DNA of 64,000 nt from Octopus bimaculoides (lineage: Eukaryota), in assembly GCF_001194135.2 (NCBI RefSeq), contig NC_068982.1:61012838-61076837 (forward strand), given 5' to 3'. Within the stretch, counting starts at the first letter, position 1. Every line of letters begins with the position of its first letter. This document shows, piece after piece, positions 63,205 to 64,000 of this stretch. The notes under the pieces are model-generated. The model ran no database searches. It saw only the letters and a list, made by a program, of their open reading frames with translations, and was not told where the DNA came from. The position numbers and the translations under genes are program-made.

Positions 63205-63374
63205 CTCAAGGGCAGCCTGTCTTGAATTTCATGTTATTGCTTGGAGGACTATGATGAACAAGAAGAGGCTGAACACTGATCCTTGATGAACTCCTACTTG
63301 TACCCTGAATTCTTTTCTGTGCTTGTTGCCCACCCTCACCTTACTGGTAGCATCCCTGTACAAGGCTTGTATGG

Positions 63375-63378
<4 letters not shown>
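63205..63378 (-). pseudogene. RTE reverse transcriptase fragment
   Basis: RAIQALYRDATSKVRVGNKHRKEFRVQVGVHQGSVFSLFLFIIVLQAIT (GVxQGS RT motif), then frameshifted KTGCP. Confidence 0.9.
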
Positions 63379-63431
<53 letters not shown>

Positions 63432-64000
63432 ATGGGCTTGTTTCAGTTTCCATCTATCAAATCTAATAGAATGTGTTTTGTGAGANNNNNNNNNNNNNNN
63501 NNNNNNNNNNNNNNNNNNNNNNNNNNNNNNNNNNNNNNNNNNNNNNNNNNNNNNNNNNNNNNNNNNNNNNNNNNNNNNTATTTTTGCTCATTTAAGGAAG
63601 AAAGTGGAGGTGTGTAGCTTAGTGGTTAGGGTGTTGGACTCATGATCGTGAGATTGTGGTTCTGATTCCTGGACTGAGTGACATATGTTCTTGAGCAAAA
63701 CACTTCATTTCACATTGCTCCAGTCGACTCAGCTGGCAAAAATAAGTAATCCTGCAATGGATCAGTGTCCCATCCAGTTGGGGAATATATATGCCATGGA
63801 AACCAGGAAACAAGTCCTATGAGTCTATATAACTTGGGAACGAACTTTACCATTACTTACTGGGAAAGAAAAAACAAAATTAATATGTGATTTATTACTA
63901 CTGTTGCAATTTTATTATTATTGCTGAAGTTATTATTAATATTATGAACTGGCAGAATTGTTAGAATGCCAGGTGAAATACTTAGCAGTGTTTCATTTGT

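Overview
AT-rich, repeat-dense eukaryotic genomic DNA from a gapped draft assembly (many N runs, abundant (TA)n/(CA)n/trinucleotide microsatellites). The SINE/LINE repertoire looks like that of an octopus (cephalopod) genome; this is an inference from recalled repeat sequences, not a search result. No complete protein-coding gene is visible, and almost all ORFs in the supplied track are microsatellite, gap or antisense artefacts. One plausible terminal coding exon lies on the minus strand (32396-32523). The rest is transposon debris: a 5'-truncated Penelope-like element (PLE) with RT + GIY-YIG remnants and an inverted terminal repeat (9793-11773), further PLE, RTE and CRE-like retrotransposon fragments, two mariner derivatives, a Tigger/pogo transposase fossil, piggyBac-like and hAT-like MITEs, and several tRNA-derived SINE families. 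The most interesting signals are two hammerhead-ribozyme (HHR) folds. One has an intact core inside a 118-bp fold-back (53657-53753, minus strand). The other has a mutated cleavage site at the PLE 3' end (9825-9925, minus strand). Both sit in insertions into (TA)n tracts. Repeat boundaries are approximate unless TSD/TIR coordinates are given.
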